The notes under the pieces: generated by a model
What the model saw: only the letters and a program-made list of their open reading frames with translations
The model's database searches: none
Told to the model about the DNA's origin: nothing
Program-made: the position numbers and the translations under genes
Source: Eledone cirrhosa
Lineage: Eukaryota
DNA length: 64,000 bases
Assembly: GCA_964016885.1 (NCBI GenBank)
Contig: OZ024740.1
Coordinates: 224,254,001-224,318,000, forward strand
Reading direction: 5' to 3'
Part shown: positions 42,189 to 54,079 of the stretch, in pieces
Numbering within the stretch: position 1 is the first letter of the stretch
Layout: every line of letters starts with the position of its first letter

Positions 42189-43060
42189 CAAGCAGTGGTA
42201 CCCGGCGTTGCACGGGATAAGGTATTTTGGAAGGCGGGTCGCCAAGAGACCTAATCTTGGAAGAACTGCATGCCTGGACAATATGTAAAGAAAATAAACC
42301 GAATACTCTGATGGCTGGATAATCTCTAATATTTTCCTCGATGAAGCAGGAAAGATGCAGGTTTTCACCTAATACGGGCCCTAGGGGATCAAGAAAATGA
42401 ATTTCTTTTATGCCTTGAAATTTCGGGAAAATCTACTAGACATAACGCTTCAAAAAAGCCCTAAAAAGCTTTAAAAATGAAGTTTTTCACCTAATGCGGG
42501 CCCTAAGCCATACAAAAGTTGGATGTTCTTTGATCACCGTATGAAGAAGAGACTGACTAATACGTAGAAACAATTTCAAGGAAATCGGTCTGACGTAACG
42601 CCTCAAAAAACCCCTAAAAAGCTTAAAAATTGTTTATGTGCACAACACTCCCTGAAACATACATAATACACATGTAAAGTTTGAAATAAATCGGTTGGGT
42701 ACTTCTCGAGTTTTAGGGATTCAAACTCACAGACACACACACAGAGACAGACATCCTCAGGGAAGTGACGTAATGCAGACAGTCAGAAATACAGACAGAT
42801 ATTATAAGGGCGCGACGTTTTATGTATGTATCTATCTAAAAAGAGAAAGACTAAGAATTCTCGAGAGGGATCGCTAAATCGCCTAATCTGGACCCTATGG
42901 CATTGAAAATTTGGAATTTACTTTACTCAGAACACTCCCTGAAACAGAAGTATTACATGTGTAAAGTTTGAAAACAGTCGGTTGGGTGGTTCTCGAGTTT
43001 TAGGGATTCAAACCCACACACACACACATACAGACATCCTCAGTTTTTTATATATATAGA
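42189..43060 (-). mobile_element. Non-autonomous Helitron-like element
   Basis: Minus strand starts TC(TATATA) and ends with hairpin CCCGTGCAACGCCGGG then CTTG (variant of CTRR); sits between A and T in a (TA)n tract; internal duplications ~42361/42485 and ~42644/42932. Confidence 0.7.
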
Positions 43061-43074
43061 TATATATATATAGT

Positions 43075-45050
43075 TATACATGGGGAGGGTTATATTGTAA
43101 TAATATTGCCAGAATTAATAACAGAACACACTCACTGTTTGGTTCGTTTTCGCTTCTGTATCTTTTATATCAGTTAATTCATTCGGTCTTCAATGTTTAC
43201 CATTGACTGACCAACGGTCAAAAATACAGATATAATATAGATATAAACCCATATATAGTCTAACAAAGTTCTTTCGTTGCACATCTGCAACATCGTCAGT
43301 GGTGCTATTATGTTCCTCCTGTTGTATTGTATATTTACGCCATCTTTATTTAATCTGTTTATTTATTTATTTATTTCTATTTCTCTTAAGTCAGTATTGT
43401 TTGTTTGGGTGTTGTTGTTATTCCATTCACTTTTTCTGTTTAGCTTTGGCCTTCTCAGTTCTATTTCACTTGCCTCTCTGATTTGCCTATTTGCTGGGTC
43501 ATTTCTATGTTTTGATATTATTTTTATTTCTATGATGTCTATGTTACCGTCAAGTTGTTATCTGGCGTGTTCGTATAGTACTGAACCGTTTTTTTTGTCC
43601 TTATAGTTCCCCCCGAGCTGTCTCGCCTATATATGTTGTTGTCATGTTTCTGCAAGTACCCTCTGTACATCGTATGCTATAGACTACGTTTCTAGTTTTA
43701 CAGTTTATCCGGGGGTTTACTTTACATATAATACATTTCCTATTAGTACAATAGGTTTTCTTAAAAGGGTATGTTTTGTTGATCAGGTATTTTATGATAG
43801 TTCTTGGCTTTTCTACCACTTTAATCTTTAAGTGGGTCTTTCTCAGGGCCTTTCTACACTGGTTAGCTAATTTCCCTCCAGGGGTAGCGTCCACGGACAT
43901 GTCACTCTGGTATCTCTGGTTGACGTACCATGAGGTGGCTTTTCATATCTTATGTTTAGTCCTATCTAAGCTATTCCATGATTTGTTACTGTATAATGGG
44001 CAAATTCCTTTCATGTTCAGTTCTATGAGGGTATTATACTTCTCCGTGGCTCCTTCCTATACTCTGATTCTGTCTCTTTTGTTGTAGCCAGAGAACTGCA
44101 TGCGGTTGATGAAGTGTTGGATGTGTCTTTCCATTTATGTTGAGTCACACATGCGGGATACGTTCTTCATCACTCGTACCAAGTCTGCGATCAGAATACT
44201 GGACATTGCTGAGTTTTTGAGTATCAGGTATTTAGAAGCCATGGGTTTAGCGTAGTGTGAGTGGAGAATTTGGGCCCTCTCGTCTATAGTGTTAATCCAG
44301 AGTTCCGTGTCTAATACAGGTAGTCTACTGTTAGGGTGTTTGGAAGGGTAATCGATAGTTACAGATATACTTTGGTGTATGGAATTAGCTATCTGCTGGA
44401 TGCTTTCCATTGTGCTACATTCTAAATCATACTTGTTAGTACTCTCTTGTGGGGATGTCCTTATTACTATATTAATGTCGTCTACGTAACAAGAGTACAT
44501 GATGAGGTCTATGGAGCTCTCATCAAGGAGATCTTTGAGTCTCATTTCCCACCATACCATAAAAAAGTTTGGCAACGTCACCAGCTATGCTGACGCCAAT
44601 GGCTGTCCCTCAGTTTGGGTGTAGATCTTCTCGTTGAATTTGAATACGTGGCCCTTTAGGGTAGTTTTAATACTAGCCCCTATTGCATGTGCGACCATTT
44701 TTCTTACCTGATCATTGTTTTTGCGGGTCTGTATGATTTGGTCGAACCAATCCACCTTCCTATGGGTGTCTCTTTTGCCATTGAGGTTATGGTGGGGGTC
44801 TACCTCTTATGGGTCTACTAGGGCAGAAATAGCTAAGGTCATGGCTGTCTAGGTAGTCGGTGTCATAGGTAAGTCTATGTAGGTGGCCCAGTTCATCTGT
44901 GTCGACGTCGCAGAACTCCCCCTCACTCTCACTGATCATCTCCACGTATTTTTCCACAGCGAAATCAATGTTAATGGATGGGTATAGTGATACTACGTCC
45001 ATACTGCCTATTATGCAGTTAGATAGGTTTTTGTTTTTTGTTGCATTCAT
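43075..45050 (-). mobile_element. Penelope-like element (RT plus GIY-YIG endonuclease), decayed, with 3' pLTR
   Basis: GSMDVVSLYPSI, YVDDI and LPVLDT RT motifs; CKTRNVVYSIRC...YIGETARG GIY-YIG with upstream Cys cluster; HHR in 3' region. Confidence 0.9.
43262..43303 (-). ncRNA. Hammerhead ribozyme motif of the Penelope pLTR
   Basis: Minus strand ACCA-CTGACGA-T-GTTGCA-GATG-TGCAAC-GAAAG-AA-CTT-TGTT; perfect 6-bp stem II, weak stem I. Confidence 0.7.
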
Positions 45051-45679
45051 TGATTCTGCTGAGAGTCCTTATAACTAATTATTTAATTGATTTTTTGTAA
45101 AGCAGGCTGAGAGCTTTTTGAGGCTGTGAAAAATCCTTTGTGCACACTTTGAATTTACATGCTAAAACTTTGGCCGATTAATCTTCCTCTTTTTGAGAAA
45201 GATCATGTGAACACTGCCAAATTTACTGCTACATTAGACTTGTACAGTGTCCTCTAGCAACCAAATGAGTCAGATACTCTGGAACAAAAAGCCTGCTGTC
45301 GAAGGGATATTCCTGTTCCATGAACAGGGTGCAACAATGAATTGCATATACAGTATGCAACTCCGGATGTATCTCCCCATGACCCAAGAAACCTATCGAA
45401 GGATTTCATCGATTTTTATTGATTCATGTCCTCTCGAAATGGTCAGGTTCAACCTGTTTGTATATATCGAAGTTGTTGTATTGTTGTGGTAACATGCTTT
45501 TAGTCGCCTTATTCTTTGTGCCATAGTTCTTTATTCTTTGTGTTTACTCTGGGTGAAAAATGTATTAATTTCTCACATCATTGAATGCTTTTGTGACTGC
45601 CTCTAACAATTCGATGAACATCTGCTATAATCCAGCTGCAACTTCAATTGTACCCATTATATATATATATATAAATATC

Positions 45680-46320
45680 ATCATTATCCTTTTACATATG
45701 GAGTGGACTGGCCCTTCTCAGCCCAGTTTTTTTCACATTCCTTTGTCACCTCTACCACTGCCTCTCTCAAATGGGATTACTTGGTACTTATTCACCAGCG
45801 ATCATCATTCATATGCATCACATGTCCATACCAACACACTCCCCTGCACCCTATCTGATTTCTCTTTGCATACTAGCATTGCTTATCCATCAAAGCATAC
45901 AGCATGACACTTTGCATACAGGCATCATACAACTAAACTTTCATTTGTAGGGAGAAAACCTTTGATGTTAGCAGAGGGAGCAAATCCCTAAATCTTTTCC
46001 ATTCTGTCTTTACTCTAGCTAATATGATATCCAAGCACCTTCCTCTGTTGCTAATCATATCACCTAGGTAGCAGAAACTATCAACCAATATTATGTATTC
46101 TTCCAGGGATTCGAAATGGCTTATATTATTTATCTTATTATTATTGGCACTCTCACCATCAATTGTCCCTGAATATCTAATACAAAGTCTTCCTTTCCTG
46201 TTAGCCCACTGCACCTCCTGTGTACCCAAGATTTGCATTGTGTACATCCTATAGAGTTTATAGTTATTCCCTTTCTATGCAAACAAGGCCACTTTCCTGA
46301 TAAGATTGGTGCCTTATCTT
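45680..46320 (-). mobile_element. RTE-like LINE fragment (same family as 29590-30975)
   Basis: VDSFCYLGDMIS..ARVKTEWKRFRDLLPLLT; boundaries approximate. Confidence 0.7.
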
Positions 46321-46379
46321 CTTTCTGACTGTTTCAGATGGGAGACAAGGCATCAATCAATACACACATACACACACAC

Positions 46380-46413
<34 letters not shown>

Positions 46414-46507
46414 CAAAGAATCACTGCTTTCACCTTTAACAGGATCTTCTGAAACTGTTAAGGGTGAAAGCAGCAATTATTTGCTTAAACTTTAATCTGT
46501 TATTTTA

Positions 46508-46551
<44 letters not shown>

Positions 46552-46556
<5 letters not shown>

Positions 46557-47252
46557 AGTATGTATACGTACATACATATATGTACACAGGCGTACAGTAG
46601 TATGTATATATATACATACAAGCACGCATATATATATATATATATACGTATGGGTTTACCGAGCATTTATTATAATATTCGGTTTGTTTGTAAACAAACA
46701 GCCCGAATTAAGCCGTACAGAGTTCGGCAACCATCGTCGCCCTTTTGTTCAACACTGACAAAGGAATGATGAACTAGTTTCAAGCTTATTAGCTATCGTC
46801 AGCATCGTATACCATCCTGTCATATGATTGAACGTTTGAAAGTATATACTTTCCTTATGCAGATTAACGGCTGAGCAGCCTAATTTGCATATCGAGTGAG
46901 TTAGTCGGCCGGGCGTACCGAAAACGATAAATGGAAAAGAATGAAATGAAATTTCATTTCTCCCTCTTAGTACGGCTGCTACTTAAATGTAAGTATGTAT
47001 ACGTACATAATATATGTATACAGACGTACAGTAGTATGTATATATATATACATACATATATACATTTCAATCTTTTCCATTTATCGTTTTCGGTACGCCT
47101 GGCCGACTAACTCACTCGATATGCAAATTAGACTGCTCAGCCGTTAATATGCATATGGAAAGTATATACTTTCAAACGTTCAATCATATGACAGGATGGT
47201 AAACGATGCTGACGATAGCTAATATACTTGAAACTAGTTCATCGTTCCTTTG
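46552..47252. mobile_element. Diverged ~435-bp retrozyme-like monomer (1.2 units) plus inverted 190-bp partial copy
   Basis: Direct repeat 46552/46987; inverted arms 46759-46948 and 47063-47252; HHR on - at 46766-46808 and on + at 47203-47245; octamer at 46883 and 47121; flanked by (TA)n. Confidence 0.8.
47203..47245 (+). ncRNA. Minimal type I hammerhead (inverted twin at 46766-46808)
   Basis: ACGATG-CTGACGA-T-stem II-GAAAC-TA-GTT-CATCGT; stem II AGCT/AGCT is intact in the left copy. Confidence 0.75.
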
Positions 47253-47353
47253 TATATATATATAGTATTAACAATTGTTTCATTGATCAGGTGAGTCTAA
47301 AGGCAGCTAATCACCTAAAGTTACATATGTATATGTATATATATACATACATA

Positions 47354-47436
<83 letters not shown>

Positions 47437-48350
47437 TGATATATATATACAAATATATATATATATATATTGATATATATATATATATATGTAATCACAT
47501 ATATATGTGTGTGTCTGTGTGTATATATACATGAAATACAGATGCACACACTTACTTCCCACCATTTATTACCCTTTACATTAGTTACCAACTCTTGTCT
47601 TGACTATCATAAGAAGCCTTGAGAATTATTGATTGACACATTACAACAATACAAAGTTGATTATTACCTTCTCTTACATACATTCCTCATATGCTATTTG
47701 GATCCTTAACTGCAGAATCTTCATGAACGTTCTCAGCATAAATTCCTCATTAAGAAACCCCATCATTATTCTGGAATCTTGAATGCATGTTTGCCTCTTG
47801 AATAATTGTCTTAACTATTCAGATAACTGCTATTCAAATTTACATTCATTGGCAGCATTTTCAGCATTTGCAAGTCTTTTACTGGAATCATTCTGATTTA
47901 TTCTCACATTGACTAGTCTACTTCTGTAATTATTATTGTTGCAGTAATTGGAGAAGGCAGCCATCATTTATTGCAGAGTATACTTCCCATAATTATCAGT
48001 AGACATTTTGCAAATTGCTGGACGTTTAAATTTTATTATTCAGCCTGACCTTAAAGATAATGAGTGAGTCAATTTGAACCATTATATACAATGACGACTG
48101 CAACGATTGTCCACCATCAATATAAGTGAGAAGAACACCCAGAGACAATAATCAAGTAAATTGATCCTTCAAATGGACTATTATTATTGATATTAACCCC
48201 TGTTGATCAATGTTCTCATTCCTTCTATTCTATTTCTACATAGATTTGGAATTATGAAAAATAATTGTCTATATTTACATATCGTACTGCAAATGTCTCC
48301 TTATCCACTATCTCTGACATTGTTTCCACTACGTTCTTGCTGCTTGTGTG

Positions 48351-48428
<78 letters not shown>

Positions 48429-48639
48429 GTGTATATGACATATATATATATATGTATATGTATACGTAGTGAAAGATTGAAGAATAACATGGTTGGCTGT
48501 ACAAAAAGGGTTTATTTCAAGTATTAACAATTGTTTCATTGATCAGGTGAGTCAATATGCCCAGACATGCAGATATATTTACCTTGGTATGACACTGTGG
48601 TTTTAGCTCAATGTAGGATAACAAGTATACTACATAGCC

Positions 48640-49559
48640 GGAATAAGCAAAGAGTACTTAGAAATACAATGTTTTATTAGTTAACAGTGTTTCATCCATA
48701 CACCATGGCAGGAATCATCAGAGCCTATATATCAGTAGTTGCATGCTCCATCGAGCTGCGTCACCAGAACAAGGTTAAAGGACTAGCAGGAGGGTCCCGG
48801 GGTCAGCACTATATGAAAAAAGGCAGAATACATGATGCACATAATGTCAGAAAATGTCTTAAAAATTTAAAAATTAAAAATTAAAAATTAAAAATTAAAA
48901 ATTACACCAAAACTGTATCACTTAGATGGTGCAATAGATAATAAAAAGAATGGGAGAGGGTAGCAAGGGAAGAGTGAGGGTATTACTCAGCATGATCAGA
49001 AACAATAAGAAAATAATAAAAAAATAATATTAAAAAGTGCAAAAATACAGGGATAATAAAAGAGATAAATATAAAGATACAAAACAATAACGGAAGAAAA
49101 TGCCCGGAGACCCCAAAGAAATATAAGACAAATCAACACATAGATGCATCAAAGCATCTTTTATTATCCCTGTATTTTTGCACTTTTTAATATTATTCTT
49201 TTATTATTTTATTATTGTTTCTGATCATGCTGAGTAATACCCTCACTCTTCCCTTGCTACCTTCTCCCAACCTCTTTATCATCTTTTGCACCATTTAAGT
49301 GATACATTTTTGGTATAATTTTTAATTTAAACATTTTTAAGACATTTTATGACATTACGTTCATCATGTATTCTGCTTTTTTCCATATAACGCTGGCCTC
49401 GGGATCCCCCTGCTGGTCCTTTAACCTTGTTCTGGTGACGCAGCTCGATGGAGCATGCAACTACTGATATATAGGCTCTGATGATTCCTGCCATGGTGTA
49501 TGGATGAAACACTATTAGCTAATAAAACAATGTATTTCTAAGTACTCTTTGGTTATTCC
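48640..49559. mobile_element. Inverted pair of Penelope-type pLTR fragments (~420 and ~400-bp arms)
   Basis: 48640-49063 is reverse-complementary to 49157-49559 with scattered differences; each arm has CTGATGA...GAAAC HHR core followed by AATAAA (49472-49526 on +, 48678-48727 on -). Confidence 0.8.
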
Positions 49560-49561
49560 TA

Positions 49562-49601
<40 letters not shown>

Positions 49602-50609
49602 TGAAAATAATAGGCTGCCCGTTGCAAATGGTGGGGCATGTGAAAAAGTAGGTCCTTCATCAGTGACCCTCCAACCGTCCCAGGCATTTCATCGCTTTAA
49701 GGGCCATATGCCTCAGGTTGGTGCGAACAACGGCTAAAAAAAGTCGTTGGGACACGTAAACAAAGGGGACGCCAGGGTAACAAACAAAAAAGTTTAAGCA
49801 ACGGAAAGTGAGAAGAAATAGACAAGTCTCAGATCTCTATGAATATAAACTCGGTGAAATCGTGAACAAGAGACAAAAGACCATCAAACCTGGTTGAAAT
49901 GTGAGCAAGGAAAGAATTTCGCCCAAGTTTGACGGGGGGGGGGGGAGAGAGAGAAAAGAGAGAAGAAGAAGAAGAAGAAGAAGAAGAAGAAGAAGAAGAA
50001 GATAAAGGGGTCTGGTCTACGAATTCGGTAAACGTAAATTTTGTGAAGTCGCAGACGAAAGAGAGAGAGAAAAAAATTTCCATACCAGCTTGGTCAAGAC
50101 CGCGCGAGAAAAGAATTACACACAGGTAAAACTTGAAGGAGGAGGAGGAAAGAGGAGGAGGAGAGGTAGTGACAGAGAATGAGTGAGTGAAAGTTGAGGA
50201 GGAGGCTAACAGAGAAAGAGACTGCTAGAAAGGGTAAAAACGAACAGACGAGTGGCAGCAGAATAAAAATTATGTGTAAATATGAAAATAATATATATAT
50301 ATATATATATATATAAAAAAACAAATAACGAAACGAAATTAAATTTCGTTTCGTTTGTAACTCACTTTTGTATGACTGACGCTTAAACAATTAAATTAAA
50401 AATGTACATCCACATATGTATACTGAAATACTAGTATGCATATGAATACACACACGTGTACATATGTAGATGTACCGAGTTTTTCACTGGACACTTTACT
50501 GTGAGTGTCCAGCTATTCTGTATGTAAACACACAGACAAACCGGTTTTTAGAGTCATACTGGTTTTCGAGGAAACACCTTTCCTCTATTCTCCAGAAAGC
50601 CAGACAAGG

Positions 50610-50654
50610 AATATTGGACTAGTTTCGATGTTGTTACATCTCATCAGCAATATT
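50610..50654 (-). ncRNA. Type I hammerhead ribozyme, unit 1 (repeats every 466 bp, 8 copies on -)
   Basis: Minus strand AATATTG-CTGATGA-GATGT-AACA-ACATC-GAAAC-TA-GTC-CAATATT. Confidence 0.92.
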
Positions 50655-50739
50655 TACCTATCTTCCGGCCTCTCTAGAGAATCGTAAAAGAACATATCGT
50701 TATATGCTTTTTCTATGAAAATTAGTAGTGGGCAGACTA

Positions 50740-50747
50740 ATTTGCAT
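50740..50747 (-). promoter_or_regulatory. Octamer ATGCAAAT upstream of the hammerhead in each complete monomer (candidate snRNA-type promoter element)
   Basis: Perfect octamer ~86 nt 5' of HHR stem I on the ribozyme strand; conserved in the diverged 46.5-47.2 kb relative; function inferred. Confidence 0.45.
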
Positions 50748-53700
50748 AGAGCGTGAGTACGTACCGGTTCAGCGGAGACGATAAAAACAAATAACGAAAC
50801 GAAATTAAATTTCGTTTCGTTTGTAACTCACTTTTGTATGACTGACGCTTAAACAATTAAATTAAAAATGTACATCCACATATGTATACTGAAATACTAG
50901 TATGCATATGAATACACACACGTGTACATATGTAGATGTACCGAGTTTTTCACTGGACACTTTACTGTGAGTGTCCAGCTATTCTGTATGTAAACACACA
51001 GACAAACCGGTTTTTAGAGTCATACTGGTTTTCGAGGAAACACCTTTCCTCTATTCTCCAGAAAGCCAGACAAGGAATATTGGACTAGTTTCGATGTTGT
51101 TACATCTCATCAGCAATATTTACCTATCTTCCGGCCTCTCTAGAGAATCGTAAAAGAACATATCGTTATATGCTTTTTCTATGAAAATTAGTAGTGGGCA
51201 GACTAATTTGCATAGAGCGTGAGTACGTACCGGTTCAGCGGAGACGATAAAAACAAATAACGAAACGAAATTAAATTTCGTTTCGTTTGTAACTCACTTT
51301 TGTATGACTGACGCTTAAACAATTAAATTAAAAATGTACATCCACATATGTATACTGAAATACTAGTATGCATATGAATACACACACGTGTACATATGTA
51401 GATGTACCGAGTTTTTCACTGGACACTTTACTGTGAGTGTCCAGCTATTCTGTATGTAAACACACAGACAAACCGGTTTTTAGAGTCATACTGGTTTTCG
51501 AGGAAACACCTTTCCTCTATTCTCCAGAAAGCCAGACAAGGAATATTGGACTAGTTTCGATGTTGTTACATCTCATCAGCAATATTTACCTATCTTCCGG
51601 CCTCTCTAGAGAATCGTAAAAGAACATATCGTTATATGCTTTTTCTATGAAAATTAGTAGTGGGCAGACTAATTTGCATAGAGCGTGAGTACGTACCGGT
51701 TCAGCGGAGACGATAAAAACAAATAACGAAACGAAATTAAATTTCGTTTCGTTTGTAACTCACTTTTGTATGACTGACGCTTAAACAATTAAATTAAAAA
51801 TGTACATCCACATATGTATACTGAAATACTAGTATGCATATGAATACACACACGTGTACATATGTAGATGTACCGAGTTTTTCACTGGACACTTTACTGT
51901 GAGTGTCCAGCTATTCTGTATGTAAACACACAGACAAACCGGTTTTTAGAGTCATACTGGTTTTCGAGGAAACACCTTTCCTCTATTCTCCAGAAAGCCA
52001 GACAAGGAATATTGGACTAGTTTCGATGTTGTTACATCTCATCAGCAATATTTACCTATCTTCCGGCCTCTCTAGAGAATCGTAAAAGAACATATCGTTA
52101 TATGCTTTTTCTATGAAAATTAGTAGTGGGCAGACTAATTTGCATAGAGCGTGAGTACGTACCGGTTCAGCGGAGACGATAAAAACAAATAACGAAACGA
52201 AATTAAATTTCGTTTCGTTTGTAACTCACTTTTGTATGACTGACGCTTAAGCAATTAAATTAAAAATGTACATCCACATATGTATACTGAAATACTAGTA
52301 TGCATATGAATACACACACGTGTACATATGTAGATGTACCGAGTTTTTCACTGGACACTTTACTGTGAGTGTCCAGCTATTCTGTATGTAAACACACAGA
52401 CAAACCGGTTTTTAGAGTCATACTGGTTTTCGAGGAAACACCTTTCCTCTATTCTCCAGAAAGCCAGACAAGGAATATTGGACTAGTTTCGATGTTGTTA
52501 CATCTCATCAGCAATATTTACCTATCTTCCGGCCTCTCTAGAGAATCGTAAAAGAACATATCGTTATATGCTTTTTCTATGAAAATTAGTAGTGGGCAGA
52601 CTAATTTGCATAGAGCGTGAGTACGTACCGGTTCAGCGGAGACGATAAAAACAAATAACGAAACGAAATTAAATTTCGTTTCGTTTGTAACTCACTTTTG
52701 TATGACTGACGCTTAAGCAATTAAATTAAAAATGTACATCCACATATGTATACTGAAATACTAGTATGCATATGAATACACACACGTGTACATATGTAGA
52801 TGTACCGAGTTTTTCACTGGACACTTTACTGTGAGTGTCCAGCTATTCTGTATGTAAACACACAGACAAACCGGTTTTTAGAGTCATACTGGTTTTCGAG
52901 GAAACACCTTTCCTCTATTCTCCAGAAAGCCAGACAAGGAATATTGGACTAGTTTCGATGTTGTTACATCTCATCAGCAATATTTACCTATCTTCCGGCC
53001 TCTCTAGAGAATCGTAAAAGAACATATCGTTATATGCTTTTTCTATGAAAATTAGTAGTGGGCAGACTAATTTGCATAGAGCGTGAGTACGTACCGGTTC
53101 AGCGGAGACGATAAAAACAAATAACGAAACGAAATTAAATTTCGTTTCGTTTGTAACTCACTTTTGTATGACTGACGCTTAAACAATTAAATTAAAAATG
53201 TACATCCACATATGTATACTGAAATACTAGTATGCATATGAATACACACACGTGTACATATGTAGATGTACCGAGTTTTTCACTGGACACTTTACTGTGA
53301 GTGTCCAGCTATTCTGTATGTAAACACACAGACAAACCGGTTTTTAGAGTCATACTGGTTTTCGAGGAAACACCTTTCCTCTATTCTCCAGAAAGCCAGA
53401 CAAGGAATATTGGACTAGTTTCGATGTTGTTACATCTCATCAGCAATATTTACCTATCTTCCGGCCTCTCTAGAGAATCGTAAAAGAACATATCGTTATA
53501 TGCTTTTTCTATGAAAATTAGTAGTGGGCAGACTAATTTGCATAGAGCGTGAGTACGTACCGGTTCAGCGGAGACGATAAAAACAAATAACGAAACGAAA
53601 TTAAATTTCGTTTCGTTTGTAACTCACTTTTGTATGACTGACGCTTAAACAATTAAATTAAAAATGTACATCCACATATGTATACTGAAATACTAGTATG

Positions 53701-54034
53701 CATATGAATACACACACGTGTACATATGTAGATGTACCGAGTTTTTCACTGGACACTTTACTGTGAGTGTCCAGCTATTCTGTATGTAAACACACAGACA
53801 AACCGGTTTTTAGAGTCATACTGGTTTTCGAGGAAACACCTTTCCTCTATTCTCCAGAAAGCCAGACAAGGAATATTGGACTAGTTTCGATGTTGTTACA
53901 TCTCATCAGCAATATTTACCTATCTTCCGGCCTCTCTAGAGAATCGTAAAAGAACATATCGTTATAATTTTCATAGAAAAAGCATATAACGATATGTTCT
54001 TTTACGATTCTCTAGAGAGGCCGGAAGATAGGTA

Positions 54035-54079
54035 AATATTGCTGATGAGATGTAACAACATCGAAACTAGTCCAATATT
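54035..54079 (+). ncRNA. Type I hammerhead ribozyme in inverted arm (also 54501-54545 and 54967-55011)
   Basis: 7-bp stem I, CUGAUGA, 5-bp stem II, GAAAC, GUC triplet; predicted cleavage after C54072. Confidence 0.92.

Noticed and set aside
49651-49668. CTGATGA on minus strand as a hammerhead core
   Set aside because: No correctly placed GAAA box or stems II and III
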